Made by a program: the position numbers and the translations under genes
Notes under the pieces: generated by a model
The model's input: the letters and a program-made list of their open reading frames with translations, nothing else
Database searches by the model: none
Told to the model about the DNA's origin: nothing
Part shown: in pieces, positions 42,120-43,563 of the stretch
How positions within the stretch are numbered: position 1 is the first letter of the stretch
How the letters are laid out: every line of letters begins with the position of its first letter
IMG/VR virus record: IMGVR_UViG_3300032232_001192
Coordinates: 1 to 43,563 of that record
DNA length: 43,563 bases
Reading direction: 5' to 3' (one strand)
Source of the DNA: a virus
Lineage: Duplodnaviria > Caudoviricetes

Positions 42120-43563
42120 ATGAGCGCTTCTAATTTTAGTTCTGTCTTAACAAAAAATCTGTTACAAAAACTGGGGCAGACCTTACAGGCTAATATAGCT
42201 AATATAACTAAAGTTAAAGAAACTGCCTTAAATAAAGTAGAGCAATCTGCAGCAGACTTAGCAAGATCTACCGGTGGTATTAGATTGTTAACTGATAGTA
42301 ATCAAGAAGGTATTGTAACCAGAAACGGCCTACAGCAATTAGCTAATAGATTTACAGATGCAATAAGCAATCCCAAACTATTAAAAACTATTAGCAGATC
42401 TATAGATCCAGAATGGAAAAATATTAGTGTTGATTTTTTAGTAAAAAAATATGTATGGATACAAACAGAAAAAGCAGCTCTAGTTAAATATTTAATCGAT
42501 GAGTCAAAGGAAAAGTTAAAGCTGCCACGAGGTAAAAAACTCACAGATGAAATACCTGGTGCAACCGCTTTCCAAAAAACTGGAATATACTTAGATAGGT
42601 TCAATACAATATTTAATGATATAATAGGTAACCTTAGTGCTGAGACTTCTTCTGTATTGTCTGATACTTCCACCTACAATAACTTTGTACAATTTCTTAG
42701 TACTAAAAATCTAAAAGATTTTAATCCTAATTTAGCTGGTAATTCAGGGGCTTCTTTTAAAGGTATTCACAGAGATATAAATAAATATTTTAAAGAGTAT
42801 CTTATCAGCAGCGGTACACCAAAATATCTGGCAGAGTTTATCGATATTAATTGTGATGCAGGACACCTATTAGGAATGTTTAGCGAACAATTAGCATTTG
42901 CAACTGGTGGTCAAATCTATGTATCTGCTAAAGGACCAGACGATTTAGTACCAAAAGTTGAATTAGAGGTTTTTCCACTATCAGCAGGGCCCATAACTCC
43001 AGAACAGCAAAATATTAATAAAATATTCAGCGAATTAATGGAACTAACAGCCAATGCAGACTTAATTAGTAGTAGCTTTATTAAAGATATTCAACTGTTT
43101 GCCGATTCCACCAAAAATATAGCCTCCGCAAACAACCAAGCTAATTTTGAAAAATTTTTAGCCTCAGTTGAAATGCAGCTAGGAAAAGATAATAGTCTTG
43201 GCGGAAGCATTTTAAATCAAATATCTAAGCGTATGAAATCGCTAATTGGTAATGCAGAACAGTACGTACAACAGGGTGCAAGTAGAGAAGCACTAGACAA
43301 ACTAGAAAAAGAAGCTGCAGAAGATTTAGCCGCAATATTTAAATCTACCAAAAGTATAGCTGACTATGTCAGTAGTCTAGCGCAGGAAATGTCAAAAAAA
43401 GACATATATGGTCCGGCACAGAAACTAATAATAGAATATCTTGAAAAAAATAGTAGAGAGCTAGCAACTACTCTTATAGAAACTTCAGGTTCAGACCCAA
43501 TTAAGTTATCTATAAAAAAATATCTTATCTCTGAATTGGACAACAATCAAAAGTATAATCCAG
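42120..43563 (+). CDS. large protein at the tail-completion gene position (3' truncated by window end)
   Basis: Frame from ATG 42120 (MSASNFSSVLTK...) appears open to the window end; AT-rich; missing from the ORF track. Confidence 0.7.
   Translation, partial: MSASNFSSVLTKNLLQKLGQTLQANIANITKVKETALNKVEQSAADLARSTGGIRLLTDSNQEGIVTRNGLQQLANRFTDAISNPKLLKTISRSIDPEWKNISVDFLVKKYVWIQTEKAALVKYLIDESKEKLKLPRGKKLTDEIPGATAFQKTGIYLDRFNTIFNDIIGNLSAETSSVLSDTSTYNNFVQFLSTKNLKDFNPNLAGNSGASFKGIHRDINKYFKEYLISSGTPKYLAEFIDINCDAGHLLGMFSEQLAFATGGQIYVSAKGPDDLVPKVELEVFPLSAGPITPEQQNINKIFSELMELTANADLISSSFIKDIQLFADSTKNIASANNQANFEKFLASVEMQLGKDNSLGGSILNQISKRMKSLIGNAEQYVQQGASREALDKLEKEAAEDLAAIFKSTKSIADYVSSLAQEMSKKDIYGPAQKLIIEYLEKNSRELATTLIETSGSDPIKLSIKKYLISELDNNQKYNP

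Noticed and set aside
1-43563. Stop-codon reassignment
   Set aside because: Core genes are full length under the standard code and no clear suppressor tRNA was seen

Overview
Window from a large lytic siphophage with T5-like (Demerecviridae-type) architecture, probably infecting a proteobacterium (a betaproteobacterial host is inferred, not shown). 1-17.1 kb (minus strand): a circularly permuted two-piece tmRNA (tag ANDNTFALAA), about 13 tRNA or tRNA-like genes (several non-canonical), thyX, a rubredoxin, a deaminase, a collagen/fibre-like operon, UvsE, a GT25-GT4 fusion, a C5-MTase-like gene and a dNTP diphosphohydrolase. It also holds a ~2.6 kb nearly ORF-free island of structured RNAs, including a ~1.2 kb candidate giant ncRNA with its own promoter and terminator. 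17.4-26.7 kb (plus strand): small early genes, a SleB-like hydrolase, a metallophosphoesterase, D2/D3-like genes and an inserted GIY-YIG endonuclease. 26.8-35.1 kb: a putative terminal-repeat / pre-early region of small minus-strand genes, punctuated by about 11 copies of an opposite-strand sigma70-like promoter element that carries a covarying palindrome and a GGCGC tail, with a repeat cluster at its left edge. 35.3 kb to end: Hsp20, terminase subunits, HNH nickase, portal, fused prohead protease-major capsid protein, head completion and an incomplete tail-completion-position ORF. All calls were made by eye without database searches.
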